The notes under the pieces were generated by a model, which was given only the letters and a program-made list of their open reading frames with translations, was not told the origin of the DNA and made no database searches. A DNA stretch of 64,000 nt from assembly GCA_964490375.1 (NCBI GenBank), contig CAZBAZ010000003.1, positions 1,448 to 65,447 of the forward strand, written 5' to 3'. The position numbers and the translations under genes are program-made. This stretch comes from an uncultured Clostridium sp. GTDB lineage: Bacteria > Bacillota_I > Bacilli_A > RF39 > UBA660. Below are positions 8,912 through 17,587 of the stretch, in pieces (the stretch's first letter is position 1; the number at the start of each line of letters is the position of its first letter).

Positions 8912-9120
8912 ATTTTCCTCCTAAATAAAAAGAATGGTATTAAGGAGTGCATTAGCACGGTACCATCCTTTAGTTAACTTTATTTTGATAACGGTTTCTA
9001 CCCCGGGTAAACTTTTAATTACCTGTATATGAAGGTAGGAATAAACAAATATTTATATTTAGTTTTCACTATCCTAAACTCACTCTAATCAGGGATTCAT
9101 TTATATTCCTTCAACATTTA
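8912..9120 (-). promoter_or_regulatory. T-box riboswitch leader, proline specifier (CCU)
   Basis: Minus strand: stem I base UGUUGAAGG...CCUUCA, an AGAGUGA motif, and the specifier loop ...UAUU-CCU-A (plus-strand AGG at 9037-9039). The T-box sequence is AGGAUGGUACCGUGC (8955-8968). The terminator pairs GGAUGGUA with UACCAUUC and is followed by UUUUU (8924-8968). Confidence 0.8.
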
Positions 9121-9127
9121 TGAGTTG

Positions 9128-9156
9128 ATTTTAGCACTTTTATTATATGTTGTCAA
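9128..9156 (-). promoter_or_regulatory. sigma-A type promoter of the proS T-box leader
   Basis: Minus-strand TTGACA (9151-9156), a 17-nt spacer, then TAAAAT (9128-9133). Confidence 0.6.
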
Positions 9157-9191
9157 TTATGGTAAAAGAAAAAATTGCTTAATAGCAATTC

Positions 9192-9599
9192 TTATTTATC
9201 TTTTTGTTCTAATTTTTTTTGAGCTTCTTTACATACTTTAATAGCTTGTTTTCTTACTTCATCAGCTGCTTTTTCTACTACTGGTGTTCCTTTTTCGATT
9301 GCATATCTATATAGTTCTTCTGCTTTTTCTTTGATTACTTCTGCTTTCTCAAGAACTATTTCTTTTGCAGTTTCTTCATCTAAATTAGCTAATTCTGCTT
9401 GTAATGTTTCTGCTCTATATAGAAGTTCATCTTTTACTTCTTCTAAGTCAACTTCCTTTAATTTCTTTAGTAATTCGTCTATTTTTTTAGCTAATACTTT
9501 TCTATTATTTTCGCCAGTGTCAGGTGAGAATAATAATCCTAAACCTGCTCCAATAGCTAACCCTCCGATAAATTTTCCTACTCCGCCTTTTTTACTCAT
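9192..9599 (-). CDS. YtxH-domain protein (general-stress-type membrane-associated protein)
   Basis: MSKKGGVGKFIGGLAIGAGLGLLFSPDTGENNRKVL is the YtxH signature, followed by a coiled-coil. I place the start at the ATG at 9599 because AAGGAGG lies 9 nt upstream. It overlaps the upstream stop by 8 nt (ATGAGTAA). Confidence 0.7.
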   Translation of the reverse strand: MSKKGGVGKFIGGLAIGAGLGLLFSPDTGENNRKVLAKKIDELLKKLKEVDLEEVKDELLYRAETLQAELANLDEETAKEIVLEKAEVIKEKAEELYRYAIEKGTPVVEKAADEVRKQAIKVCKEAQKKLEQKDK

Positions 9600-9888
9600 T
9601 TTCTTCATCCTCCTTATTTATTTTCTTTGAAGATTTTTTTGGCTTGAAAATCTTTTTAAATCCAGAAGTTAAAAAACTTATTGCAACTTCTGATATCATT
9701 GACATTCTTTCATTAGCGAAATTAATCACCTCGAATAATTTGTTAAATGCTTTAACTTTTTCAGATACATCATCCACTAAAATGTTAACCTTATTTAGTG
9801 TTTGAATAAATTTAAGCCCAATAATTATTGCTATTATAATTAATGCTATTAGTAATAAATAAATTACCATTAATAATGTTTCGTTCAT
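9592..9888 (-). CDS. DUF948-type small membrane protein
   Basis: N-terminal TM segment LLMVIYLLLIALIIIAIIIGLKFI followed by TLNKVNILVDDVSEKVKAFNKLF. The pattern and the pairing with ytxH are typical of the Bacillus ytxG/ytxH neighbourhood. Confidence 0.55.
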   Translation of the reverse strand: MNETLLMVIYLLLIALIIIAIIIGLKFIQTLNKVNILVDDVSEKVKAFNKLFEVINFANERMSMISEVAISFLTSGFKKIFKPKKSSKKINKEDEENE

Positions 9889-9891
9889 ATT

Positions 9892-10758
9892 TTAGTCCTC
9901 CTTATCATCATACATAGAATCTATTAAATTAAATAAGTCATGTTCTAAAGTAGTGTCCGTTATTGTTTTATCACTAACTTCTTCGTCTTCATCATCGAAG
10001 TTTTCTAATTTAACTCTATCTTCTAATACTCCAATTGGGAGTGTTTTATCCAATTCATCTGTTGCATCTTCTATTTTAGTTAATAGTTCTTCTAGTCTTG
10101 GTTTTTTCTTTTCAGTTACTTTTGGTTCTTCTTTAACTAATCTAGATTCTCTTGTTTCTTTTACTTCTTCATTATGAATAGTGTCTGTTGTAATTTTATT
10201 AATAGAATTTAGTGTATCTTCCAATTCTTCTTCTAAAGTACCATATGCTTTTCTTCTGACTGTATCATACGTTGTAAGATTAGCAGTTATTTTTGGTGTC
10301 ATTGCTTGTTCTTTGCTCTTTATTTCTTCTTTTTTATAATCTTTATCAAGAATACCATATATTGGTGAAATAATAGGACTTGGCTTAAATACTTTAGGTG
10401 TTTCTGGTATAGTAGGATTTTCTACTTTAACAGTCTTATTTTCTTTTACCAAAACATTTCTTCTTTGAGGAATTGGCTTTTCATCTTCATCATCATCAAA
10501 TTCTGTAAAATTAAATGTTCTTTCGCTTCGAAATAAATCTCTTTCATTAAAAATATTATCTACTTTTTTATCTTCTTGCTTTGCTTCTTCTTTTTCTTTA
10601 GGCTTATATTTTATTTCTTCTATTTTAGGTTTTTCTTCTACTTTTGGTTCTTCTTTTTTTACTGGAGTAGAAGTTATATGTTCAATTTTTTTTACTTCTT
10701 CTTCGTCTACTTCTACTTCATCATAAAAAATGCCTTTAAGTTTGCTAATAATGCCCAT
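9892..10758 (-). CDS. hypothetical K/E/D-rich low-complexity protein with amphipathic N-terminus
   Basis: 288 aa. The N-terminus is MGIISKLKGIFYDEVEVDEEE. It contains KPKxEE-type repeats and ends in an acidic C-terminus, ...LEHDLFNLIDSMYDDKED. Confidence 0.5.
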   Translation of the reverse strand: MGIISKLKGIFYDEVEVDEEEVKKIEHITSTPVKKEEPKVEEKPKIEEIKYKPKEKEEAKQEDKKVDNIFNERDLFRSERTFNFTEFDDDEDEKPIPQRRNVLVKENKTVKVENPTIPETPKVFKPSPIISPIYGILDKDYKKEEIKSKEQAMTPKITANLTTYDTVRRKAYGTLEEELEDTLNSINKITTDTIHNEEVKETRESRLVKEEPKVTEKKKPRLEELLTKIEDATDELDKTLPIGVLEDRVKLENFDDEDEEVSDKTITDTTLEHDLFNLIDSMYDDKED

Positions 10759-10781
10759 ATAAGTGCACCTCTTTCTTATGT

Positions 10782-11414
10782 CTAATCTTCTTCTCCCTTG
10801 TCCTCATCATATTCATCAATATATTCAAGAACATTTTTAGATTCATCTTTATTTTCGGGTTCAGGTATATTATATAATGTTTCACTTGATTCTAGTGAGT
10901 TATTATTAATATGTTTTTGAATAACTAAATCATTATATTTTATTGAGTTTAATATTGTCATACCTCTTGATACAGCATACTTTATGTTATCCTCTTTTAC
11001 CTCTACCTCTATTATAGCATAATTATAACACAACTCAACAAAAAAATCTTCATTATTTTGAGTTATTCTTAAGTATCCTGATGTATCATTTACTTCAAAT
11101 GTATAATATTCATAGTCATCTAATTTGTGTTCTGTTGTGATTTCATTTTTATAATAATAACTTACTACATCAATATTCAAATAATAAGTATCACCATGTG
11201 AATTTAACACTTGGACATAATCATCGTCTTCTGTTATTTCAAATTCAGTTGGCAAATAATATCTATATCCTTTATTATTTGTGTTATATGATTTGCTCTC
11301 TTTTTCAAGTATTGAATCTACTATTTCAGTTAATGATAAATCATTTATGTTAGTAGTAGTACATCCAGCAAGAAAAAATACACAAATAATAATTGTAAAC
11401 AATTTTTTATACAT
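10782..11414 (-). CDS. lipoprotein, unknown function
   Basis: Signal peptide with a lipobox: MYKKLFTIIICVFFLAGC|TTT. Confidence 0.6.
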   Translation of the reverse strand: MYKKLFTIIICVFFLAGCTTTNINDLSLTEIVDSILEKESKSYNTNNKGYRYYLPTEFEITEDDDYVQVLNSHGDTYYLNIDVVSYYYKNEITTEHKLDDYEYYTFEVNDTSGYLRITQNNEDFFVELCYNYAIIEVEVKEDNIKYAVSRGMTILNSIKYNDLVIQKHINNNSLESSETLYNIPEPENKDESKNVLEYIDEYDEDKGEED

Positions 11415-11452
11415 ATTTTCTCCTATATTATATATGAATTATAACAAATTAT

Positions 11453-12070
11453 TTATTTTTTAACAACATATATATGATTTATATTTTTTCCTAAACTTAT
11501 AAATTTATCTTCATATTCAGTTGTATAATTATCAAAATAATTTGTATCTGTTTTGATTACTTCATATCCATTGTTTATAAAGGATTCAATTGAATACTCA
11601 TATAAATCATCATTATCTGTTTTCATTTCTATAATTTTTTCATTTTTAAATATATTATCATATTTCTTTAAAAATTCTGTTGAAGAAAGTCTTCTTTTAG
11701 CATGTCTTTTTTTTGGCCATGGATCACTAAAGTTTAAATATATTTTGCTTATTTCTTTATCAAATAATTCTTCTATAAATAAAGCATCAAAACAAATAAG
11801 TTTTAAATTTTTAATTTCTAAATTTTCTAGTTTTTTAACAGCACTTACTAGTGGACTATCATACTTTTCTATTCCAATATAATTAGTATTTGGATTATCT
11901 ATAGCTTTACTTATTATAAATTTACCCTTTCCTGTTCCAATTTCTATTTCTATGTCATTATTATTTTCAAACATTTTTTTCCAGTTGCCTTTATATTCAG
12001 TTGGATTTTTAACTAAATATGGGGAATTATTTATTATAATATCTGCATTTTTAATATGTTTAAGTCTCAT
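11453..12070 (-). CDS. trmB: tRNA (guanine46-N7)-methyltransferase TrmB
   Basis: IEIGTGKGKFI (SAM-binding motif) and FSDPWPKKRHAKRRL, both hallmarks of TrmB. 205 aa. Confidence 0.85.
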   Translation of the reverse strand: MRLKHIKNADIIINNSPYLVKNPTEYKGNWKKMFENNNDIEIEIGTGKGKFIISKAIDNPNTNYIGIEKYDSPLVSAVKKLENLEIKNLKLICFDALFIEELFDKEISKIYLNFSDPWPKKRHAKRRLSSTEFLKKYDNIFKNEKIIEMKTDNDDLYEYSIESFINNGYEVIKTDTNYFDNYTTEYEDKFISLGKNINHIYVVKK

Positions 12071-12137
12071 AAAACACCTCAGTTAAATATTATACACTAA
12101 CTTCTTATATTTGTCATATATTATTATAGGTGATGTA

Positions 12138-12422
12138 ATGAAAGAAAGAGATATGTTTTATCAAAATGTTAATCAAGGTTACTCTAATCCTGGTATGTTT
12201 ATACCACTAAATGGTTATAATGTGAATACTACTTATCAAGCTTATGGCCCTAATGCTATTCCAAATAATTATCAAAACTCAAACACAAATACATATGTAA
12301 ATGATAATAATTATGCAGATAGAATAAGCAAACTTGAAAGACAAGTTAAAAATTTAGATGGAAGAATTTCAAAATTAGAAAATGTAAATAATGAAATCGA
12401 TGATAATTTCTATATGATATAA
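12138..12422 (+). CDS. small N/Q/Y-rich protein with C-terminal coiled-coil
   Basis: MKERDMFYQNVNQGYSNPGMF...YQNSNTNTYVNDNNYADRISKLERQVKNLDGRISKLENVNN. AGGTGA lies just upstream of the ATG at 12138. A weak hairpin follows the stop. Confidence 0.45.
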   Translation: MKERDMFYQNVNQGYSNPGMFIPLNGYNVNTTYQAYGPNAIPNNYQNSNTNTYVNDNNYADRISKLERQVKNLDGRISKLENVNNEIDDNFYMI

Positions 12423-12706
12423 AAGCTCAATTTGATTTGAGTTTTTATTATTATTTGAATTACTATATTTTTATTTTTTTCTTTAACATTTTTCTTTGTA
12501 TCATAAAAAAATTAGTTATATTTCAAACCAATTTTATAAGTTTAACATTTTTATATATTTTTACTCCAATGCCTTTATTACTATTTTGATTATTTATATT
12601 TTCAATAAAATATAATTTATATCATTTTATTAATTGAAATTTTTAAGATTTTTTAAATAGTTATTTTTATCTTTAATTAAATAACAATCTATTATTATAT
12701 CTTTTA

Positions 12707-13462
12707 TTATCTTATTTTTCCTCTTTTATAATTTTTTATTATTATTGGTAAATTTAGTGTGTTATGATTTATATACTCTACTATATCGTATATTGTAATA
12801 TTTTCTTTATTTATATATTTACTAAATGCAATATTTATTTGTGAAGTTAAAAAGCAATTTAGTTCACGTTTAATTTCCATAAAGTCAGCATTTAATCCTT
12901 CATCATTTATATCTTCTTTTAATGCTATCATTGTATACTTTAATTCGTTTATTAAAGCATAATATTCTTCTTTATCTATTTCTTTATGTAAAACGTTTTC
13001 TACATATTTTACTATATTATCAGATGTATCTTTTATATTTCGATATGATGTTGAATTAAGTGTTAATATAGGAAGTTCTTCTATTGAACATTCAGTATAT
13101 TCTTCAGGTATAATTAATGATGTAAAGTATTCCTTTGGTATGTAATCTTTGCCTAAAACTTCATCTGTATGATTAATTATTCTTTCACTTATATCGAATA
13201 TAATCATATCAAGGGGGAGATTCATTGAAATTGTTATACCTTTTGATATATATTTTTTATAAGCTCCATCAGTATCAATATTAGCATATATTTCTCTTAC
13301 TAAAGATATTGTATCATTTAAATTATATCCTTCATAATTACGAGCATAAGATATATTTTCTTTTTTTGCTTTATCTAAAGACATTAAGCCATTTCTCAAA
13401 ATACTATCTAATTTTACTATATTAAACCCAACACTATGATAAAAAGTTTCCAATTTTTGCAT
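12707..13462 (-). CDS. hypothetical protein (251 aa)
   Basis: Clean ORF with SD AGGTGA upstream. No recognisable motif. It is flanked by long AT-rich intergenic regions. Confidence 0.5.
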   Translation of the reverse strand: MQKLETFYHSVGFNIVKLDSILRNGLMSLDKAKKENISYARNYEGYNLNDTISLVREIYANIDTDGAYKKYISKGITISMNLPLDMIIFDISERIINHTDEVLGKDYIPKEYFTSLIIPEEYTECSIEELPILTLNSTSYRNIKDTSDNIVKYVENVLHKEIDKEEYYALINELKYTMIALKEDINDEGLNADFMEIKRELNCFLTSQINIAFSKYINKENITIYDIVEYINHNTLNLPIIIKNYKRGKIR

Positions 13463-13849
13463 ATTATCACCTAAAATAATAATAACATAAATTTTAAATC
13501 AGTGAAAATAAAATTAGTAATGGATTTAGTAAAATGGTTTCGGATAGACAAAAATAGTTAATCTATAATATTGCAATTTTATAAAGATTTGTTAAAAAAT
13601 CGTATTATTTTTGAAATAAATAATATTTAAAATGAACTCGTTGACAATATAATCATCTATTATTTTATTTCTTACTATTGTTTTTCACTTTGATAATCCA
13701 ATATTGTAATGTATAAATTACATACTTTTACAAACTAGTGATTACTATAATTCTCTTTAAAATATTTCAAAGCATAGTTTAAAACAGTATTCCTACTCTC
13801 AATACAATCATTCTTACTTTGTATTATGTAAAAATTGTATTGCTACTTC

Positions 13850-14122
13850 TTACTGTGAAACAATATAATGATTTGTTCTAAACTTATTGTTTGCGGTTCC
13901 AGATTGGAACCACAAATTTTCTTTTTCTATATTTGTTAGTTGAAAGTAAAAGTCTTCAGAAAATTTATTTATATTTTTTTTCACAGCCTTATTTATATCC
14001 TTTGTTCCATTAGTGCATTAATATAATTTAGCTACATCTGAATCAAGCATTACCTGTACTCCTCTTAACTCATAAATCATGTCTTCTATATTTTCATTTT
14101 CTTTTATTATTATTTCATTCAT
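13850..14122 (-). pseudogene. ORF6N-domain (antirepressor/KilA-N-related) gene remnant with in-frame stop and truncation
   Basis: After SD AAGGAG the minus strand reads MNEIIIKENENIEDMIYELRGVQVMLDSDVAKLY*CTNGTKDINKAVKKNINKFSEDFYFQLTNIEKENLWFQSGTANNKFRTNHYIVSQ*. The pattern RG.QVMLDSDLA.LY....K.LN.AVKRN..RFPEDFMFQLT is the ORF6N signature. There is an in-frame TAA at 14018-14020, and the frame ends early. Confidence 0.65.
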
Positions 14123-14138
14123 ATTAATTCTCCTTTTC

Positions 14139-14176
14139 AAAAAAAAAAAGAGAAACTTACTTTTATAAGTTTCTCT
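14139..14176 (-). terminator. strong intrinsic terminator downstream of ppdK
   Basis: Minus strand: AGAGAAACTTA-taaaag-TAAGTTTCTCT, a perfect 11-bp stem, followed by an 11-nt T-run. Confidence 0.8.
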
Positions 14177-14248
14177 GTATCATGTATATTTTATTTTGCC
14201 TCTTAAATATACTTTATCGTCTTTAATTGTCTTTAAATATCAGGCAAA

Positions 14249-16867
14249 CTATTTATTATTGATTGCGGCTTGTGCAGCAGCTAGTCTAGCAATTGGTACT
14301 CTATATGGACTGCATGAAACATAAGTTAATCCAACTCTATGACAGAAGTCTACAGAACTTGGATCTCCTCCGTGTTCTCCACAAATTCCTAATTTAATAT
14401 CAGGTCTTGTTTTCTTACCTTTTTCTACAGCCATCTTAATTAGTTCTCCAACGCCTTCTTGATCAATACGTGCGAATGGATCACTTTCAAAGATTTGTTT
14501 AGAGTAATAGTCGCCTAAGAATTTACCTGCATCATCTCTTGAGAATCCAAATGTCATTTGAGTTAAATCATTTGTTCCAAATGAGAAGAATTCAGCTTCT
14601 TCAGCAATCTTATCAGCAGTAATTGCTGCTCTTGGTATTTCAATCATAGTTCCAATTTTATAATCTAATTTATAATTTTGTTCTTCAAATACTTGATTAA
14701 TTGTTTCAACAACTATATTTTTTACATAAGCAAGTTCTTTCTTTTCTCCTACTAGAGGAATCATAATTTCAGGAACTACTTTTAATCCAGTCTTATCAAC
14801 ATTAATTGCTGCTTCCATAACAGCTCTTGTTTGCATTCTAGCAATTTCTGGATATGTAACTGCTAATCTACATCCTCTATGTCCCATCATTGGGTTAAAT
14901 TCATGTAATGTAGCAATTTTTTCTTTTAATGCTTCAAAAGTCATTCCTAATTCTTTTGCTAATGGTCTGATTTCTTCATCTGTATGTGGAACAAATTCAT
15001 GAAGAGGTGGATCTAAGAATCTTATTGTAACTGGGTTACCTTTCATTTCTTTATATAATTCTTCAAAGTCTCCTCTTTGCATTGGTAATAATTTAGCTAA
15101 TGCCTTTTCTCTTTGTTCTACTGTATCAGATACTATCATTTGGCGAATAGCAAATATTCTTTCTGTTTCAAAGAACATATGTTCAGTTCTACAAAGTCCA
15201 ATACCTTCTGCACCAAATTTAAGAGCTTGTCTTGCATCTTTTGGAGTATCAGCATTTGCTCTTACGCCTAATGTGCGAGTTTCATCTGCCCATTTCATAA
15301 ATGTTTCAAAGTCGCCACTGATTTCTGGCTCAACAGTTTTAATTTGTTCACCATAAACTTTACCAGTGCTTCCATCTACTGAAATGTAATCTCCTTCTTT
15401 AAATACTTTTCCATCTTTTGTTGTTAATGTTTTATTTTCCTCACTTATTGTTAGTTCACCACATCCAGAAACACAACATCTACCCATACCACGAGCAACA
15501 ACTGCGGCATGTGATGTCATACCTCCACGAATAGTTAATACTCCACGTGCTAAATTCATTCCTTCAATGTCTTCTGGAGATGTTTCTAATCTTACTAAGA
15601 TTGTATCTTCTCCTCTTTTAGCAGCTTCTGTAACTTCTTCAGCTGTGAAATAAATTTTTCCACAACCTGCTCCTGGAGAAGCAGCTAATCCACTAGCAAT
15701 TGGAGTTGCTTTCTTTAATTCATCAGTATCAAAATTTGGGTGAAGTAATTGATCTAAAGCTTTTGGCTCAACTTTTAATAAAGCTTCTTCTTTAGTAATC
15801 ATTCCTTCATTATATAAATCAACAGCTATTTTTAATGCAGCTTGACCAGTTCTTTTTCCATTACGAGTTTGTAACATAAATAGTTTACCATTTTCAATAG
15901 TAAATTCCATATCTTGCATATCTTTATAATGTGTTTCAAGAATATTACAAGTTTTTACAAATTCTTCATACGCGCTTGGCATAGTTTCTTTTAATGTAGC
16001 AATTGGTTGAGGAGTTCTTACACCAGCAACAACATCTTCACCTTGTGCATTCATTAAATATTCTCCATAAAGAGCTTTTTCTCCTGTAGCTGGGTTTCTT
16101 GTAAATGCAACACCAGTTCCACAGTCATCTCCTTTGTTACCATAAACCATTTCTTGAACATTTACAGCTGTTCCCCAAGAACTAGGAATATCATTCATTC
16201 TTCTATAATAAATAGCTCTTTCATTATTCCAACTTCTAAATACGGCTGTTACAGCTTCAATTAATTGTTCTTTAGGATTTTGTGGAAATTCTACACCAGA
16301 TAATTCCTTATAGATATCTTTGAATTTCATAGCTACTTCATACATATCATTTTCATCTAAATCTGTATCAAAGTGAGCTCCTTTATCCTCTTTAAATTTA
16401 TCTAAAACTCTTTCAAATGAACTCTTAGAATATCCTTTTACAACATCTGCAAACATCATTATAAATCTTCGATAAGAGTCATAAACAAATCTTTTATTTT
16501 TTGTTTCTTCAACAAAGTTTTTACAAACTTCATCATTAAGTCCTAGATTTAATACAGTATCCATCATACCAGGCATACTTGCTCTAGCACCACTTCTTAC
16601 TGAAACTAATAAAGGATTTTTTAAGTCTCCCATTTTTTTACCAGTAAGTTTTTCCAACTCTTCTAGTTTTTCATAGATTTCATCTATTATGTCTTGACTA
16701 ATTTTTTGTCCAGCATCATAGTACGCAGTACAAGCTTCAGTCGTAATAGTAAATCCTCTAGGTACAGGTAAACCAATACTAGTCATTTCTGCTAAGTTAG
16801 CTCCTTTGCCACCAAGAAGATTTCTCATGTCTTTGTTTCCTTCTGAAAACATATAGACATATTTCAT
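14249..16867 (-). CDS. ppdK: pyruvate, phosphate dikinase
   Basis: MKYVYMFSEGNKDMRNLLGGKGANLAEMT N-terminus, the phospho-His motif RGGMTSHAAVVARGMG, and the C-terminal PEP-utilising motif GICGEHGGDP. I place the start at the ATG at 16867 because AAGGAG lies 8 nt upstream. The track begins at a GTG that abuts the SD. Confidence 0.95.
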   Translation of the reverse strand: MKYVYMFSEGNKDMRNLLGGKGANLAEMTSIGLPVPRGFTITTEACTAYYDAGQKISQDIIDEIYEKLEELEKLTGKKMGDLKNPLLVSVRSGARASMPGMMDTVLNLGLNDEVCKNFVEETKNKRFVYDSYRRFIMMFADVVKGYSKSSFERVLDKFKEDKGAHFDTDLDENDMYEVAMKFKDIYKELSGVEFPQNPKEQLIEAVTAVFRSWNNERAIYYRRMNDIPSSWGTAVNVQEMVYGNKGDDCGTGVAFTRNPATGEKALYGEYLMNAQGEDVVAGVRTPQPIATLKETMPSAYEEFVKTCNILETHYKDMQDMEFTIENGKLFMLQTRNGKRTGQAALKIAVDLYNEGMITKEEALLKVEPKALDQLLHPNFDTDELKKATPIASGLAASPGAGCGKIYFTAEEVTEAAKRGEDTILVRLETSPEDIEGMNLARGVLTIRGGMTSHAAVVARGMGRCCVSGCGELTISEENKTLTTKDGKVFKEGDYISVDGSTGKVYGEQIKTVEPEISGDFETFMKWADETRTLGVRANADTPKDARQALKFGAEGIGLCRTEHMFFETERIFAIRQMIVSDTVEQREKALAKLLPMQRGDFEELYKEMKGNPVTIRFLDPPLHEFVPHTDEEIRPLAKELGMTFEALKEKIATLHEFNPMMGHRGCRLAVTYPEIARMQTRAVMEAAINVDKTGLKVVPEIMIPLVGEKKELAYVKNIVVETINQVFEEQNYKLDYKIGTMIEIPRAAITADKIAEEAEFFSFGTNDLTQMTFGFSRDDAGKFLGDYYSKQIFESDPFARIDQEGVGELIKMAVEKGKKTRPDIKLGICGEHGGDPSSVDFCHRVGLTYVSCSPYRVPIARLAAAQAAINNK

Positions 16868-16993
16868 ATAATACACTCCTTTCCCTTAAGTATTATCATA
16901 CTTAACTCAACAAGAACTATTATACCAAATGCTTTATAAATTGAATAGAATTATTTTAAAAATTTTACAAAAAAAGCCATAAATTAATATAGC

Positions 16994-17587
16994 TTATTCT
17001 TCTAATGTTGTTATTCCTAAAACCTTTTCTAAATAGCATTTTCCACAAAGAGATTCATATTCTACATGATTTTCACCATCTATTGCTACTTGTTCTCCAC
17101 TTGATGTGAATTTTCCATTGACTATTCTTCCATTAAATTTAGCTCTTTTACCACATCTACATATAGTAATTAGTTCTTCCATAACATCACTTACTTCAAA
17201 TAATCTCAAACTTCCTGGAAAAGATATTGTTTTAAAATCACATCTAAGTCCATAACAAATAACTGGTTTATTTTTTATTTTTGTATACATAAATAATTCA
17301 TCTACTTGATCTCTACTTAAAAATTGTGCTTCATCTACTAAAATGCAAACTATGTCATCTGATAGTTTATTTAAATAATTTGAAAGTTTTTCATCTTGTT
17401 CAATAATATGATCTACTTTTCTTTTAAGACCTATTCTTGTTACTATCTTGTTATTTCCTTTAGTATCAATTCCTGGTTTTAATATGACTACTTTCATTCC
17501 TCTTTCTTCATAGTTATGTGCTACTTGTAATAATAAAGTTGTTTTTCCTGAATTCATAGCTCCATATCTAAAATATAATTTACTCAT
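16994..17587 (-). CDS. tdk: thymidine kinase
   Basis: MSKLYFRYGAMNSGKTT (P-loop), VDEAQF, and the C-terminal zinc motif CRCG...CGKCY. The start at 17587 has AAGGAGGG 6 nt upstream and overlaps the xer stop by 8 nt. Confidence 0.9.
   Translation of the reverse strand: MSKLYFRYGAMNSGKTTLLLQVAHNYEERGMKVVILKPGIDTKGNNKIVTRIGLKRKVDHIIEQDEKLSNYLNKLSDDIVCILVDEAQFLSRDQVDELFMYTKIKNKPVICYGLRCDFKTISFPGSLRLFEVSDVMEELITICRCGKRAKFNGRIVNGKFTSSGEQVAIDGENHVEYESLCGKCYLEKVLGITTLEE

Noticed and set aside
9892-10758. Calling the K/E-rich protein SepF because of its MGIISKLKGIF N-terminus.
   Set aside because: The conserved C-terminal SepF domain (FtsZ-binding alpha/beta fold) is not recognisable. Only the amphipathic N-terminus is similar.
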